NCBI GenBank assembly: GCA_964448985.1
Contig: CAYVBI010000002.1
Coordinates: 1-43,223, forward strand
Direction: 5' to 3'
Length of the DNA stretch: 43,223 bases
Origin: an uncultured Dehalococcoidales bacterium
GTDB taxonomy: Bacteria > Chloroflexota > Dehalococcoidia > GIF9 > UBA5629
The translations under genes were made by a program, and so were the position numbers. This document shows positions 41,031 through 43,223 of this stretch, piece after piece. The notes under the pieces were generated by a model. That model was given only the letters and a program-made list of their open reading frames with translations. It was not told the DNA's origin and ran no database searches. The stretch's first letter is position 1, and the number at the start of each line of letters is the position of its first letter.

Positions 41031-42431
41031 ATGGGAGTAAAAAAAGAGGCAAGGCTACGGGGCAGGTTTAAAGAGGATATCAACGAAGCCGTCCAGCGTT
41101 ACTTGGCTTCGGTCCCTTATGACTGGAGGCTGTACAGACATGATATCGAAGGCAGCCTGGCGCACGTCGAGATGCTGGCGAGGCAGAAGATCATAGCCAG
41201 AAGCGATTACGTAAAGATCAAGGACGGGCTGCATACCATCATGAAGGAAATCGAGAGCAGCCGCTTCCAATTCAAGCTCGAATTGGAAGACATTCACATG
41301 AACATCGAGAGCCGGCTCTTTGAGCTGATCGGCGATACCGCAGGAAAGCTGCACACGGCCAGGTCGCGCAACGACCAGGTAGCCCTTGACATGCGGCTTT
41401 TCGCCAGGGAGGCAGCCGGAAAAGTAATAAAGGCTCTGCAGGGATTTAATTCACAGCTGGTGGATATCGCAGAGAAAAACATCAAGGTAATTATGCCGGG
41501 ATATACCCATCTGCAGCAGGCCCAGCCGGTGCTTTTCTCTCATCACGTCATGGCTTATTTCCAGATGTTCAGCAGGGATATGCAGAGATTCGAAAGCTGC
41601 CTCAGACGCATCAATATCATGCCCCTGGGCAGCGGTGCGCTGGCCGGTCTGCCCTATCCCGTGGACAGGGAATTCGTTGCCGGAAAGCTGGGATTCGACG
41701 ATGTCAGCGCAAACAGCATCGACGCAGTCTCCGACCGCGATTTTATTATCGAGTTCGAGTCGGCCTCCGCCATGACCATGATGCACCTGTCGAGGATGGC
41801 CGAGGAGATCATAATCTGGTCAACGACCGAGTTTGGATTCATTGAAGTCGGCGATGCCTATGCAACCAGCAGCAGCATCATGCCGCAAAAGAAAAATCCG
41901 GATGCGGCTGAGCTTGCCAGAGGTAAAACAGGCCGTGTATATGGCCACCTGGTAGCCATGCTGACCGTAATGAAAGGCCTTCCCCTGGCCTACAACCGTG
42001 ATTTGCAGGAGGATAAAGAAGGATTTTTCGATACGGTAGACACGCTCATTTCCAGTTTGGATATCATGTCGGGGCTGATGTCTTCCATCAGAATTAACGC
42101 CGCCAGGATGAAGTATTCCATGCAGAGCTATATCCTGGCCACTGATGTGGCTGATTATCTGGTAAACAAGGGGCTATCGTTCCGTGAGGCGCATGATGTG
42201 GTGAGCAGGGTTGTCTCATACGCCATTGACAACAACAGGGAATTGAACGAGCTGGATATCAAGGAATACAGGGGATTCTCGAAGCTATTTGAGAAGGATG
42301 TGCTGGCCATTACCCTGCAAAAATCGGTCGAGGCAAGGTCCTCGCAGGGGGGTACGGCTACTGTCGAGGTAAAAAAGAGCATCGAAAGAGCGAAAGGCGC
42401 CATCAGCGGATATGAAAGGGAAAAGAATTAA
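41031..42431 (+). CDS. argH: Argininosuccinate lyase
   Basis: Motifs TARSRNDQV and the fumarate-lyase signature SSIMPQKKNPD; 466 aa. Confidence 0.93.
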   Translation: MGVKKEARLRGRFKEDINEAVQRYLASVPYDWRLYRHDIEGSLAHVEMLARQKIIARSDYVKIKDGLHTIMKEIESSRFQFKLELEDIHMNIESRLFELIGDTAGKLHTARSRNDQVALDMRLFAREAAGKVIKALQGFNSQLVDIAEKNIKVIMPGYTHLQQAQPVLFSHHVMAYFQMFSRDMQRFESCLRRINIMPLGSGALAGLPYPVDREFVAGKLGFDDVSANSIDAVSDRDFIIEFESASAMTMMHLSRMAEEIIIWSTTEFGFIEVGDAYATSSSIMPQKKNPDAAELARGKTGRVYGHLVAMLTVMKGLPLAYNRDLQEDKEGFFDTVDTLISSLDIMSGLMSSIRINAARMKYSMQSYILATDVADYLVNKGLSFREAHDVVSRVVSYAIDNNRELNELDIKEYRGFSKLFEKDVLAITLQKSVEARSSQGGTATVEVKKSIERAKGAISGYEREKN

Positions 42432-43080
42432 GATAGCCCTTTCAATCCTTTCAGCGGATTTCAGCCGCCTGGGAGAACAGGTACGTAGCGCAGTCGATGC
42501 CGGGGTTGATTACATCCATGTGGACGTCATGGACGGCCATTTTGTACCCAACATCTCGATAGGACTGCCCGTTGTAGAATCGCTGCGCAAGGTCACTGCC
42601 GTTCCTTTGGACGTCCATCTCATGATAGAGAAGCCCGAATTATATATCGAGAGGTTCGCCGGGGCGGGAGCCGATATACTCACGGTGCATGTCGAAGCAT
42701 GTACCCACCTGGATGGCACCCTGAACTTCATTAAGAAGCTCGGTGTAAAGGCCGGCATCTCGATCAATCCGGCCACTCCGCTGTCTGCGCTGGACGAGGT
42801 CTTACCTCTGGCCGATCTGCTGCTGGTGATGACCGTTAATCCCGGTTTCGGAGGGCAGGAATTCATCCCGGGTATGGTTGATAAAATAGTCAGGCTGAAG
42901 CGAATAATCTATAATAGAAAATCCAGCGCTGAAATCGAGGTTGACGGCGGGATAACCACGGTGACTGCCCCAATTGCAGCAGGCGCAGGCGCAGATATCC
43001 TGGTAGCCGGTTCCGCCATTCTTAATTCAAGTCTGGGTATAGATGCAGCTTTGAAAGAACTGAGGGATTCTGTATGTTAG
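42412..43080 (+). CDS. rpe: Ribulose-phosphate 3-epimerase
   Basis: Motifs SILSADF, HVDVMDGHFVPN and MTVNPGFGGQ. 222 aa, overlapping argH by 20 nt. Confidence 0.92.
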   Translation: MKGKRIKIALSILSADFSRLGEQVRSAVDAGVDYIHVDVMDGHFVPNISIGLPVVESLRKVTAVPLDVHLMIEKPELYIERFAGAGADILTVHVEACTHLDGTLNFIKKLGVKAGISINPATPLSALDEVLPLADLLLVMTVNPGFGGQEFIPGMVDKIVRLKRIIYNRKSSAEIEVDGGITTVTAPIAAGAGADILVAGSAILNSSLGIDAALKELRDSVC

Positions 43081-43223
43081 CGGGAGATCTTGTTTCTGGT
43101 CCTGATGCACCTGGTACACAGGTTGAGCCGGACGGCTATCCCATTGATGTTAAACGTTGTAGGCTGAACGTTGGGAAGCCATGTCCGCCTGGTATGCTGC
43201 TTGGAGTGGCTGATCCTGTTGCC
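43077..43223 (-). CDS. rpmB: 50S ribosomal protein L28, C-terminal part; 5' end lies outside the window
   Basis: The minus-strand frame gives GNRISHSKQHTRRTWLPNVQPTTFNINGIAVRLNLCTRCIRTRNKISR*. The GN.(I/V)SHS...T.R.W.PN(V/L)Q motif is characteristic of L28. Confidence 0.8.
   Translation of the reverse strand, partial: GNRISHSKQHTRRTWLPNVQPTTFNINGIAVRLNLCTRCIRTRNKISR

Overview
The window reads as a bacterial chromosomal segment of about 47 genes. It uses strong GGAGG Shine-Dalgarno sites and has lipobox lipoproteins. The lineage cannot be fixed from sequence alone; a Chloroflexota-like organism is only my guess.

Left part: an SPFH gene fragment, a divergent birA/cobB pair and two tandem paralogous lipoproteins. 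A minus-strand purine operon follows (EncFtn-like ORF, tiny basic ORF, purD-purE-purB-purC-purS). Then come a relic of a MinD/Mrp-type ATPase, a small PRC-barrel ORF and holA.

Middle: the glycogen genes glgC-glgA-glk are followed by a ~15.7 kb sugar-utilisation block of mosaic composition. The block holds two ~77 % identical TetR paralogs, a Gfo/Idh/MocA-cupin-GH89-like-MFS operon and a GH31 glycosidase. It also holds a seven-gene low-GC operon built around a split transketolase. After the block comes the apparent other half of the glycogen locus: two GH57 genes with a second PRC-barrel ORF between them.

Right part: mutS, argJ-argB-argD-argG-argH, rpe and an rpmB fragment.

I saw no rRNA, tRNA, CRISPR array, transposase, integrase or recognisable defence genes.

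The best candidate for an undescribed system is the low-GC operon at 23431-29834. It has no kinase or transporter. Its transketolase subunits are in inverted order, and the N-type subunit carries GCS in place of the canonical ThDP/metal-binding GDG motif. The operon lies inside a block bracketed by an 11-bp direct repeat that splits the glycogen locus.

All family assignments come from motif recognition by eye. No database search was run.
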